Part shown: one piece after another, positions 52,241-61,061 of the stretch
Layout: every line of letters begins with the position of its first letter
How positions within the stretch are numbered: position 1 is the stretch's first letter
Source of the DNA: an uncultured bacterium
GTDB lineage: Bacteria; Omnitrophota; Gorgyraeia; Ghiorseimicrobiales; Ghiorseimicrobiaceae
DNA length: 64,000 nucleotides
Assembly: GCA_913009335.1 (NCBI GenBank)
Contig: CAJVXN010000003.1
Coordinates: 3,899 to 67,898, forward strand
Reading direction: 5' to 3'
Notes under the pieces: generated by a model
Databases searched by the model: none
What the model saw: the letters and a program-made list of their open reading frames with translations, nothing else
Told to the model about the DNA's origin: nothing
Translations under genes and position numbers: made by a program

Positions 52241-52986
52241 AAATTGTCCACCCCGACAGCCAGTTTCTTTATCTGATCCAAATATTTCTCAATGAAAACA
52301 ATAATATCCTGATTGGCAATTTTTTCATCATTACTTGTATCTTTATAAACCGGCAAAAAGACATCTTCATCAAGCTCAAATTCACGACAAAGCTGCTTAA
52401 TGATTTCTTCTTTTTCGGCAGGTGGCTGGTTGCCCTTGAGACGGATAAGATTTCTAAAAACAGGAATAAGAGAATTAAGAGATTCCTTTAATAAAGCCTC
52501 CATGCCCTTTTTCTTAAGACCGACCTCAAGATAAGCCTGACGAATTCTTATAAGCTTTCCTTTTATCTGCTGTTCGCAAAAAAGACGAATATGTTCTCCC
52601 TTGATTTCTAAAGTAGCTAGAATATCCGCGCCATACAGTAAACAATAATTTTCTTTCATATCTAAAAATTCTATGGGGAAAACGTCCAGTGAGGTCTCAA
52701 TATGTCCCCTGGTTAAAAATAAAGGCGCTGCTATTTTCTGTACAATCCCCTTGGAAACCGCCTTGAGACTGTTTTTTAAGCTTAAAAAGGGGAGATCCTT
52801 AAAGACAAAAACCGAATTAATATCAGAAGTTTTAGGAATATAATTTTTTCCTGTGGCAGAACCATAAATGAAGACAGAAACTAAATGATCATGATGAATA
52901 TCCAGCATTGTTTTAAGAAAAGGGAGGAATTTTTTCTGAACCTCTTGAGGTAACTTCTCTATGTTAATAATCTTATCATTCTCCAT
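52237..52986 (-). CDS. Nucleotidyltransferase-fold protein
   Basis: IYGSA...SDIN, DVFPIEFLDM; co-oriented with TPM and lemA. Confidence 0.75.
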   Translation of the reverse strand: MENDKIINIEKLPQEVQKKFLPFLKTMLDIHHDHLVSVFIYGSATGKNYIPKTSDINSVFVFKDLPFLSLKNSLKAVSKGIVQKIAAPLFLTRGHIETSLDVFPIEFLDMKENYCLLYGADILATLEIKGEHIRLFCEQQIKGKLIRIRQAYLEVGLKKKGMEALLKESLNSLIPVFRNLIRLKGNQPPAEKEEIIKQLCREFELDEDVFLPVYKDTSNDEKIANQDIIVFIEKYLDQIKKLAVGVDNL

Positions 52987-53035
52987 ACATATCTCCTATT
53001 TTGGGCAGGGCGTCTCTATTTAAATTATCTTATTA

Positions 53036-53082
53036 TAAGACCCATCCTTTAATGGTATTAGGATGGTCTACCCTGCTGGGTA
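53036..53082. repeat. Dispersed double-hairpin repeat (copy 2)
   Basis: Matches 13783-13829. Confidence 0.75.
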
Positions 53083-53280
53083 AGATGCATATATTATACA
53101 CACGCGGGAAAAAGAAGCAATATAATTCTTAACCGCAATTCTTTATCTCTGTACGCATCGAATTGTATTTGAGGAATATTTTCAGCTTGCCAAAGCCTGC
53201 CAAAAGAGATAATATAAGCAGATGATTTACTAAAAGAGGTGTTCCGCCTCATAATACGCCGGGAAATTCTGTTCCATAAT

Positions 53281-53355
53281 TTCCTCCGCATTCGGCGGAA
53301 TTAATTCGCACTGATAATTTACGTCAGCTTTGCTTCTGTAAATTATGTGCTCATT
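53281..53355 (-). repeat. AATGA..CGAATT unit plus CCGCC hairpin
   Basis: Minus strand AATGA-GCACATAATTTAC..GTAAATTAT-CAGTG-CGAATT. Confidence 0.65.
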
Positions 53356-53369
53356 AAGGAGATTTATTC

Positions 53370-55553
53370 ATGTCTCAATTAATATTTAAAAATTACGGCA
53401 AAAGCTATCAGCTTAGAATTCAAGACGCGCAGGATTTAGAGAACATTCAAGCTCTCGATGAAACGCACTGGGCAGCTACCAGCGTTCCCATTGACAGTCT
53501 CAACTGTGACGCTACTTTTGTTTCTTACGTAGATACTGATAAAAACGGACGTATCAGAACGAATGAAATTAAAGATGCGCAGGCCTGGTTATTTCGATTC
53601 CTCAGCAATCGCAGCCGCCTGTCTGATGGTAGCGATACCTTAAACTTAAACGATATCGATACCACTCATCCTGAAGGTAAAAAATTACGAGACGTAGCAA
53701 AGCTTATCTTAGCTAATCTCAATTCCCCGGATGCCGAAAAAATCAGCTTAGCCCAGATACGCGATGTACAAAGTATTATGGCGAACGCGGCGAATAATGG
53801 CGATGGTATTATTCCCCCGGAGGCTAGCTCTGAGGCTGATTTAGCCGGATTCATCACTTCAGTTATTGAGACTGTTGGTTCTGTGCCCGATGCCAGCGGT
53901 AAAGCAGGAATTAGTCAGGAGCAACTTGAAATATTCTTTAATGAAACTAAAAACTATCTTAGCTGGAAGGCGAAAGGCGAAATCCCTGAAGGAGATAAAT
54001 CCACAGAGGTTATGCCTTGGGGTACTGAGACACCGCAAGCTTATGATTTAATAGCCAGCCTGGAGGAGAAAATCGAACAATACTTTGCGCAATGCGCAAT
54101 GGCTAAATTCGATGAAAGAACGCTGGCTCAGATGCAGCTTCGTCCAAAAGAGCTTGAAGAAATCGATTTTAAAGATAAGTCAGCAATGGAAGCTCGAATC
54201 AAAGATGCCCCATTGGCTGTGCCTAATCCAAAAGGCACATTGGATCTGGATATAGCAATTAATCCCTTATATGCTGAGCGCATATCTGATCTTAAGGAGC
54301 AAGTTTTAAAACGCGCCCTGGGAGGATCAGTTAAACACCTTACCCAAAAACAGTGGGATGAGGTAAAAAATATCTTTGCCCTATACCGAAGCTGGTTAAA
54401 AAACAAACAAGGCGCAAAAGTAGAAAAACTAGACAGAGACAAACTAAATACTTATCTTAACGGCTCCTATAGGAAACAAGTAAGTGAAATTATCGCTAAA
54501 GATCAGGCCGTGGCTAATGATTTAAACCAGATGCAGAATTTGGAAAAGCTAATCCTTTACCAAAAATGGCTGCTGGAATTAGTAAACAATTTTGTGAGTT
54601 TTGCAAATCTTTACAATCCTCAGGTTCGCTCCCTTTTTGAAATGGGCACATTAATAATTGATGGCAGGCAAATTACTTTTACAATGAAGGTCCGGGATAA
54701 AGCAGCGCACAAAAATATAGCAGAAAAAAGTTGTATGTATCTACTCTATGCGGAGATTACCGGCCGCCAGGATAACGATATTAACCCTTCGACTTCGCTC
54801 AGGATTAATGGTGAGCAAGGTCGAACCATTAAATTTGATATTGTGGCTGCGGTAACTTCCGGTAGCGCGGGCGGATTGCGCATTGGAAAACGCGGAATCT
54901 TTTTTAGCGTAGACGGCAAAGAATGGGATGCAAAAATAGTAGATATCGTAGAAAACCCTATTGGCATATGGGAATCGATAAAAGCGCCTTTCGGACAATT
55001 TACAGGCTTCATAAGAAAACAAGTGGATAAATTCACCAAATCCGGCCAGGGCAAATTAGAGAAAAATCTTGCCGCACCTTCCGCATCAGGCACGACTCGC
55101 GATCTCTTACTAGGCGGAGGCATAGCTATTGCGGCTCTTGGCTCATCCTTTGCTTATATCACTAAGGCCCTCTCCCAGGTAAAACCAACTCATATTCTAA
55201 TTGCATTAGCGGGGATAACAACCGCTATTTTATTGCCGGGCATAATTATGGGATTTATCAAGATACGAAAAAGAGATATGAGCGTTCTCCTGGAGGCATC
55301 AGGCTGGGCAATAAATATGCATATGCGTCTAAATTCTACTTTAGGACGGCTTTTTACTCACGTACCGCATCTGCCTAAAGGTGCGCGCAAAGAACGCAAA
55401 GATACAGTAGCGAAGTTTGTAAAAGATTTTGGTTACGCTCCCCTGCGCTCGATGAAATTACCTATAATAACTTTAATTATCTTACTCATTGCGCTTGGTT
55501 TAACACTGATTCGAGTATTCCCTATGTTAAAATTCTTGCCTGGCTGTTTTTGA
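53370..55553 (+). CDS. Hypothetical membrane protein with EF-hand-like motif
   Basis: DTDKNGRI, NGDGII; C-terminal TM segments; AGGAG RBS. Confidence 0.75.
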   Translation: MSQLIFKNYGKSYQLRIQDAQDLENIQALDETHWAATSVPIDSLNCDATFVSYVDTDKNGRIRTNEIKDAQAWLFRFLSNRSRLSDGSDTLNLNDIDTTHPEGKKLRDVAKLILANLNSPDAEKISLAQIRDVQSIMANAANNGDGIIPPEASSEADLAGFITSVIETVGSVPDASGKAGISQEQLEIFFNETKNYLSWKAKGEIPEGDKSTEVMPWGTETPQAYDLIASLEEKIEQYFAQCAMAKFDERTLAQMQLRPKELEEIDFKDKSAMEARIKDAPLAVPNPKGTLDLDIAINPLYAERISDLKEQVLKRALGGSVKHLTQKQWDEVKNIFALYRSWLKNKQGAKVEKLDRDKLNTYLNGSYRKQVSEIIAKDQAVANDLNQMQNLEKLILYQKWLLELVNNFVSFANLYNPQVRSLFEMGTLIIDGRQITFTMKVRDKAAHKNIAEKSCMYLLYAEITGRQDNDINPSTSLRINGEQGRTIKFDIVAAVTSGSAGGLRIGKRGIFFSVDGKEWDAKIVDIVENPIGIWESIKAPFGQFTGFIRKQVDKFTKSGQGKLEKNLAAPSASGTTRDLLLGGGIAIAALGSSFAYITKALSQVKPTHILIALAGITTAILLPGIIMGFIKIRKRDMSVLLEASGWAINMHMRLNSTLGRLFTHVPHLPKGARKERKDTVAKFVKDFGYAPLRSMKLPIITLIILLIALGLTLIRVFPMLKFLPGCF
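54785..54828. repeat. TTAA-flanked 44-bp repeat (copy 2), in frame inside CDS
   Basis: Adds 16 codons (NPSTSLRINGEQGRTI). Confidence 0.85.
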
Positions 55554-55566
55554 ATCTAGAGACTTA

Positions 55567-56979
55567 TTAGTTCGAGTCTTGCTTGGGGAGCCATTGGGCA
55601 CGCTTAGCCCTATCCTTAAGGATAGGGCTAATTTTTTGGCTTAAATTTCGAGCAGCGTCCGCCGCCGACCGGACGATGGTCGAGGAAACGGAATTTTCAT
55701 TTTCAAAACTTATTTTGTAATAAAGGGTTAGCGCAATTTCCTCCTTTGAGTATTTAATGCTTTTGATATAGGTTTTTGACCAGAAATTGCGCTCTTCTCC
55801 CCTACATTTTGACATGTTCTTCATGAAAGATTGGAGGGTTTGTGCGAAGATTTCATGTGAAATCTGCGGGGGCTCGAAGGTTTTTTCGAGTCCAGTGCGG
55901 CCACCCATTAGGTACGAATTAAGGCAGAAAATCAAACTTTCAACATATTGCCGATCCTTCGCTATCCGGGAGAGATTTTCAAAGATAATATCTTCTAATT
56001 TTTCCGCGTTTATCTGCCTGACCGAGCAATCCTTCCAGTCCCGCGTAAATGTTTTTGTACAGCGATAGTAATAGTATCGCTTCATTTTTTTATTTTTTCT
56101 CTTTTTATTTGTGAATGTTGGTGTCATTATTGATCCGCAATCTTTACACTTAACCAGTCCTGCCAGAGTATAATGCTTGTAGAGTTTTTCTTTTACGATT
56201 TTTTCCTTATGTCTAGTTTGGGCCAGCTTGAAAGTTTCCTCTGTGATAATTGGCTCATGCAGTGCATCATATAATTTGCCTGCATAACGCATTTTTCCGG
56301 TATAGGCAATATTCCTCAATGCATAAGCAACTGCATGTTTTGAAAAATATTCCCCCTTCCTGCCTCTGATATTGCTTGTTTTTAAATCTCTGTAAACTTT
56401 AAATAAAGAGCCGTGCTGAGTATAAATACCGTAGATGGACCTTACAATCTCTGCCTCTTTTTCTTCTATGACTAATTTTTTCTCGACTCTCTTATACCCT
56501 AATGGTACTACTCCCCCATTCCACATCCCTTTTTGTGCGCGCTGAAGCAGCTTATCTCTGGTTCTCTCACTTGTTAACTCTCTTTCAAATTGCGCAAATG
56601 TGAGCATGATATTGCGCAAAAGCCTTCCGGACGGCGTTGACGTATCAAATCTTTCCGTAACAGATATAAAATCCACTCCGTGTTTTTCAAATAACTCAAT
56701 AAGCTGATAAAAGTCTTTTGGCGATCTGGTCAACCTGTCAATTTTATAAGCCATGACTAGATTTATCTCTCCTTCGTGTATATCCTGGAGCATTTCAGTC
56801 AACGCCGGCCGGTTTACATTTGCGCCGGTAAACCCCGCATCAGAATAAACCTTGTATATCTCCATATCCTCCTGGCTCTCAATGAAGGATTTAATCTTAT
56901 TTTCCTGCGACTCGCATGAATTAAACTCAACCTCTGCTTGCATATCCGTACTCACCCGCGTATATATTGCACACTTCAT
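55567..56979 (-). CDS. Large serine recombinase
   Basis: YTRVST, DRLTR, FAQFERE..SER, recombinase domain, CKDC..YYRC..C zinc ribbon. Confidence 0.95.
   Translation of the reverse strand: MKCAIYTRVSTDMQAEVEFNSCESQENKIKSFIESQEDMEIYKVYSDAGFTGANVNRPALTEMLQDIHEGEINLVMAYKIDRLTRSPKDFYQLIELFEKHGVDFISVTERFDTSTPSGRLLRNIMLTFAQFERELTSERTRDKLLQRAQKGMWNGGVVPLGYKRVEKKLVIEEKEAEIVRSIYGIYTQHGSLFKVYRDLKTSNIRGRKGEYFSKHAVAYALRNIAYTGKMRYAGKLYDALHEPIITEETFKLAQTRHKEKIVKEKLYKHYTLAGLVKCKDCGSIMTPTFTNKKRKNKKMKRYYYYRCTKTFTRDWKDCSVRQINAEKLEDIIFENLSRIAKDRQYVESLIFCLNSYLMGGRTGLEKTFEPPQISHEIFAQTLQSFMKNMSKCRGEERNFWSKTYIKSIKYSKEEIALTLYYKISFENENSVSSTIVRSAADAARNLSQKISPILKDRAKRAQWLPKQDSN
55570..55593 (+). other. tRNA 3'-end-like fragment (candidate att site)
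   Basis: GTTCGAGTCTTGCTTGGGGAGCCA = T-loop, acceptor 3' strand and CCA; no 5' half; read antisense as WLPKQDSN. Confidence 0.6.
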
Positions 56980-57097
56980 TTTATCACCTCCATGATTATG
57001 CAGATTATCCCCATAATTAACGCAAAGATTATCCCTAGCTTCAATCGCTCACACTGATACCTAAAATACGGATCCATCATCTTCCTCTCTATATACT

Positions 57098-57178
57098 ATG
57101 ATACTTATAGTCATCATAGATGTCAAGAGAAATGCTACTTATAGTCTCGTAGACAATAAGTAGCAAAAGTGAGATAAT
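57098..57178. promoter_or_regulatory. Divergent promoters and C-box-like operator
   Basis: Minus: TTGACA-17-TATCAT; plus: TAGACA-17-GATAAT; palindrome GCTACTTAT..ATAAGTAGC at 57134-57164; TACTTATAGTC twice. Confidence 0.65.
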
Positions 57179-57185
57179 GCGCCTT

Positions 57186-57404
57186 ATGAAAGACAAAATA
57201 CTCAAACAATTTGGCGATAAGGTTAAAAAACTAAGAAAAGCTAAAGGCTGGTCTCAAGAGGAGCTGGCTAAAAAGTCCGGCTTACACCGTACCTATATCG
57301 GTAGCATTGAGCGAAGCGAGAGAAATGTCAGCTTAATCAATATTGTAAGAATTGCAAAAGCATTAAGTGCTAGTATTGATAAATTAATAGCAAAAAAGCC
57401 ATAA
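57186..57404 (+). CDS. XRE-family HTH, restriction-modification controller (C protein)-like
   Basis: SQEELAKKSGLHRTYIGSIERSERNVSLINI; probably leaderless. Confidence 0.88.
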   Translation: MKDKILKQFGDKVKKLRKAKGWSQEELAKKSGLHRTYIGSIERSERNVSLINIVRIAKALSASIDKLIAKKP

Positions 57405-57438
57405 GGATAATAATAACTTTTTATAAAGTGAGGTATGT

Positions 57439-58545
57439 ATGAGTGAAAAAATAAAATTCTCTGATGATGCAGATAAAAATTCTGTAGAAGTAGCAATCCC
57501 TAAAGAACAGCGTATCCTACAAACACAGGCTTACGATAAAAGCGTTAGTGATGTTATCGCCATGCTCAACAGCGGCGACATCATATTAAATCCAGAATAT
57601 CAACGAAACTATGTTTGGAATAATAAAAAAGCATCTCTCTTAATAGAATCCATTCTCTTAAATGTGCCAATCCCAATAATTTATGTATCCGAAGAGGAAG
57701 ATAGTAAATGGAGCGTGGTAGATGGATTACAGCGATTATATTCATTAAAGAGATACTTTAATAACGAATTCAAATTAAATGGGCTTGAGGTATTACAAGA
57801 ATTAAATCGCTCTTCATACCATACATTAAATCCTAAAGCACAGCGGATCCTACGAAGTGGAAATTTGAGAATGATTTTAATTTTCAAGGAATCTAATCCA
57901 GAAATCAAATACGATATTTTCATGAGACTCAATAGGGGATCGATACAGCTCAATGAACAAGAATTAAGAAACTGTTTATATAGAGGAGGATTTAATGAAC
58001 TTTTAAAGAAGATGGCACAAAATGATAATCTATTAGAAATCTTGCGATTGAAAAAACCCCATAGAAGAATGAGAGACGCAGAAATGGTCTTAAGGTACTT
58101 CGCTTTCTCAGATAATTTCAAGCTTGAACAAGAAAAAATGCTAGATTATAAGGGGAGCATGAGAACTTTCTTGAATATATTTATAAAGAGTAAACAAAAA
58201 ATTAACGACACCAGTCTTACTGATTATGAAACAAATTTTAATGAAACAATGCGGAAAACTGTTGCAGTTTTTGGAAATAATGCATTTAGAAGAATAGATG
58301 TTGATGGAAATTATGATAAAGCCGTAAATAGAGCGATAGCAGACTTTATAATGGTAAGTTTTGAAAAATTTGATTACGAACTATTGTCTTCGAAAAAGGA
58401 CTTAATTATAGAGTTATTGAGAGAACTGCCCAGGGAAGATGAAAGATTTCAAGATTCAATAACTATTGGAACTTCGGACACAGCTCGGGTTGAATACCGA
58501 TTAACTACATGGATTAAAAAATTAAATTCTCTACTCCGAACATAA
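57439..58545 (+). CDS. DUF262 (ParB/Srx-like, GmrS-type) protein
   Basis: PEYQRNYVW, LIESILLNVPIP, VVDGLQRL, IFMRLNRG..L..QELRN. Confidence 0.9.
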   Translation: MSEKIKFSDDADKNSVEVAIPKEQRILQTQAYDKSVSDVIAMLNSGDIILNPEYQRNYVWNNKKASLLIESILLNVPIPIIYVSEEEDSKWSVVDGLQRLYSLKRYFNNEFKLNGLEVLQELNRSSYHTLNPKAQRILRSGNLRMILIFKESNPEIKYDIFMRLNRGSIQLNEQELRNCLYRGGFNELLKKMAQNDNLLEILRLKKPHRRMRDAEMVLRYFAFSDNFKLEQEKMLDYKGSMRTFLNIFIKSKQKINDTSLTDYETNFNETMRKTVAVFGNNAFRRIDVDGNYDKAVNRAIADFIMVSFEKFDYELLSSKKDLIIELLRELPREDERFQDSITIGTSDTARVEYRLTTWIKKLNSLLRT

Positions 58546-58551
58546 ATAATT

Positions 58552-59238
58552 ATGGCTTTTGATTTTGAATCACTGAAAAGTTTCAATGAAACCCTTGAGG
58601 AAGTTAAAATTCTTATCTCAATATCTGAGAAAAATCAAAGCGAAAATTCGAAATATACCACTTACAATAAGTCTGCCATTTTATTACTCACTGCAAAATT
58701 TGAAAATTACCTTGAAAGTGTTGCACGAGAATACATCGATCTAACTAATAAGCTTTGCATTAAAGCGAATTCCTTACCAAAAAAAATAAAAATACAACAT
58801 ACTCTCCATAAGCTAAAAAACCTGGAAATGTTAAAACAAAGTGACGCAAAAGCACAAAGAGTATTTAATGAATTAGGGCTTTTGTGGAATAGCAACATCC
58901 CTTATGAAACCATCACTCTCGATACTGCGTTTAATTATGGTAAACATGGCTCAAGAGAAATCATTAGGTTTTTCAAAAAAATAGGCTTCGATGATATCTT
59001 TTCAAAAATAAAGGTCTATAAAAAAGTGCGTTCACTTATAATAATTCCAAAAGAGGAAATTGACTTTAAAGCAATCTTTAATTCAGCAATCAATATACGC
59101 AATAATATAATCCATGGTGATGCAACTCCTCAATTAACACATATTGATATTATAAATTACCACGAGCACTTCCGGCAATTTTGTAAAGGTGTCTGCAAAC
59201 TATTAAACCGAAATCTATATATCCTAAGTCGCAGATAA
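58552..59238 (+). CDS. HEPN RNase-like protein (RiboL-PSP/MAE_28990 type)
   Basis: AILLLTAKFENYL, RNNIIHG (Rx4H). Confidence 0.8.
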   Translation: MAFDFESLKSFNETLEEVKILISISEKNQSENSKYTTYNKSAILLLTAKFENYLESVAREYIDLTNKLCIKANSLPKKIKIQHTLHKLKNLEMLKQSDAKAQRVFNELGLLWNSNIPYETITLDTAFNYGKHGSREIIRFFKKIGFDDIFSKIKVYKKVRSLIIIPKEEIDFKAIFNSAINIRNNIIHGDATPQLTHIDIINYHEHFRQFCKGVCKLLNRNLYILSRR

Positions 59239-59282
59239 GAAGATTTCGTAAGATTTGATATATGTATAAATATAAATCGTAA

Positions 59283-59310
59283 CCGCACAAACAAACCCTC
59301 CAATCTTTCA
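59283..59310 (+). repeat. 28-bp direct repeat (copy 1)
   Basis: CCGCACAAACAAACCCTCCAATCTTTCA identical at 62140-62167. Confidence 0.9.
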
Positions 59311-59381
59311 AGGGTTTTAATCAAATAGTTTTGTACAATAAGTCTGGCTTTTTTCGCAAAATGCGATTTATTACGAATCGC

Positions 59382-59573
59382 CTATATATGCCATAATTGG
59401 AATTGTGGATAGGTTTCTCGATCGCCAAAATCTAAATATTTATCATCTTCCCATACAAGCTCGGTAAAATTTTCTAAATCTTCACTATACCCCCGACACA
59501 TAACTTTAAGTCGTACAAACGGATTAAACCGTAGAATGATTTTTGCCAAAATTGGTGGAAAATTAATAGCCAT
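59382..59573 (-). CDS. Small hypothetical protein
   Basis: 63-aa ORF starting 2 nt after the DpnI-like stop. Confidence 0.55.
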   Translation of the reverse strand: MAINFPPILAKIILRFNPFVRLKVMCRGYSEDLENFTELVWEDDKYLDFGDRETYPQFQLWHI

Positions 59574-59575
59574 AT

Positions 59576-60343
59576 TTATGTAAGTCGGTAATGACCACGC
59601 GAAACAAAATCAAGATACCCCTTATCCCTTAAAAACTGCAACTGTTGCCGAATTTTATCTTTTATATATTTATTATTTGGATATCTAGCACTTAGTTCAT
59701 TCTCGAAATTATAGATTTCAGATAATAAAAAATCTCTTTTATTTAATCTATCAATGCAATTCATAATATCTAAAATCCACCCTTTCAATTCAGGCTTTTC
59801 CGAATCTTTTAAAAATAAGGTTTTTCTCCAGTTTTCTAAAACATGTTTTCTACTCTCAACCTTCCTGTTTCTTATATAAAATATCCTCCCACTTGAAGGA
59901 ATATTCTGTAACAATATATTACAACCAATCCACCCTGCTCGTCTTGCAGTCTGTGAAAGAGGTTTCCGCTTTTCAATTATTCGGGGGATAAAAAAGTACT
60001 TGGGGATAACAAAGAAATTTACAACTTTAAACCCCTGCAAAGCATAATTAAGTAGAAAGAAATTTGGATTATTGCTATCCTGTAAACGCTCTATCATCGT
60101 ACGATAGGCCCCATCAACTATCTTCTTTCCAATGTTATCTTTTTTACTTTTTAGCTCAAATTCCTCCCGGCAAGATGGGCAATAAAAATCAGCAACGGGT
60201 TTATTGTGAGCATAAGATTTTACATCATGTCCACATCCAGGACAAAATATTTGAGATTTAACCCAACTCTCTGTTAATACACGAATCTTCTGTGAAGCAC
60301 TCTTGTATCGTTTTGCTAAATATGCATCAAAATATGTTCGCAT
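59576..60343 (-). CDS. DpnI-like (Dam-replacing family) methyl-directed restriction endonuclease
   Basis: YKSASQKIRVLTE.W, CPGC, VADFYC..C.EEFELKSK, DGAY, ARRAGWIGCN, KIRQQLQ.LRD winged helix. Confidence 0.92.
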   Translation of the reverse strand: MRTYFDAYLAKRYKSASQKIRVLTESWVKSQIFCPGCGHDVKSYAHNKPVADFYCPSCREEFELKSKKDNIGKKIVDGAYRTMIERLQDSNNPNFFLLNYALQGFKVVNFFVIPKYFFIPRIIEKRKPLSQTARRAGWIGCNILLQNIPSSGRIFYIRNRKVESRKHVLENWRKTLFLKDSEKPELKGWILDIMNCIDRLNKRDFLLSEIYNFENELSARYPNNKYIKDKIRQQLQFLRDKGYLDFVSRGHYRLT

Positions 60344-60376
60344 GCGCCTTTATTTTTTTACTACACCACGAACCAT

Positions 60377-60500
60377 AAAAAACCCTCCGCCATTTATAGC
60401 GAAGGTTTTACTTTTTTAACGTCCGGGAATTCCCCCTTCAAACGCGGGACGATTAACTCCTGATTAATTTTAATATAGCCTTAATTTAAGCATCTGTCAA
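60377..60500 (-). ncRNA. Putative structured RNA unit 1: promoter, pseudoknot, terminator
   Basis: TTGACA-17-TATATT; CGUCC/GGACG stem; loop GAAGG complementary to downstream CCUUC; terminator with U6. Confidence 0.55.
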
Positions 60501-60536
60501 GATTTTTAACAATAAGAGTCGACTCTCTATCTACAC

Positions 60537-60668
60537 CTAATCCTGAAATCCAAATTCGAGCTGCCTTTCGTTTCGAGCTCTATGAAAGGCAACACGTTTA
60601 CAACTCAAGACTGCATTACGGTACAAAAATCCAGGCAGCCAGGTTAATGCTTTTATAATTCCTTGCAT
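60537..60668 (-). CDS. 43-aa small ORF
   Basis: AGGAGAGGGGG RBS; MQGIIKALTWLPGFLYRNAVLSCKRVAFHRARNERQLEFGFQD. Confidence 0.4.
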   Translation of the reverse strand: MQGIIKALTWLPGFLYRNAVLSCKRVAFHRARNERQLEFGFQD

Positions 60669-60716
60669 GACAACCCCCTCTCCTTAAAAGTCCTTCTCCG
60701 GTATAATCCCATCAAT

Positions 60717-60764
60717 GAAGGTTTTACTTTTTTAGAGTGGAGGTTCCCCCTTCAACTCACCACT
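60717..60764 (-). ncRNA. Putative structured RNA unit 2 (covariant stem)
   Basis: AGUGG/CCACU replaces GUCC/GGAC; GAAGGGGGAA and AAAAAAGUAAAACCUUC conserved. Confidence 0.5.
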
Positions 60765-60782
60765 ATTATAGCCCCTAAAAAC

Positions 60783-60904
60783 AAAAATCCTTCGCCATTT
60801 TTAGCGAAGGTTTTACTTTTTTAACGTCCGGGATTTCCCCCTTCTAACGCGGGACTTACCTAATTGTTAAATATTAATATAGCTCTGTTTTACCAATTTG
60901 TCAA
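60783..60904 (-). ncRNA. Putative structured RNA unit 3: promoter, pseudoknot, terminator
   Basis: TTGACA-17-TATATT; core near-identical to unit 1. Confidence 0.55.
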
Positions 60905-61061
60905 GGCAATTTTAGTAAAAACTACCTCCTCCTATTCTCCTTGTTTTATTACAGGGAGAGGAAACATCTTGTACGCATTAGCATTTCTGTAAGAGAAATC
61001 AGGAAGAGTTAATTTATCTCCAAGATTCTTAAAGGGAAAATTTTAAAGAGTGTTTTCGTCT

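Noticed and set aside
55530-55593. Intact tRNA gene
   Set aside because: Only a 3' fragment; upstream DNA is the end of a CDS with no D or anticodon arm
1612-58121. Many antisense ORFs in the track (e.g. 1612-2121, 31084-31719, 57681-58121)
   Set aside because: Shadows of well-supported genes on the opposite strand
60377-60860. CRISPR array
   Set aside because: Only three degenerate, irregularly spaced units with their own promoters and terminators; no cas genes
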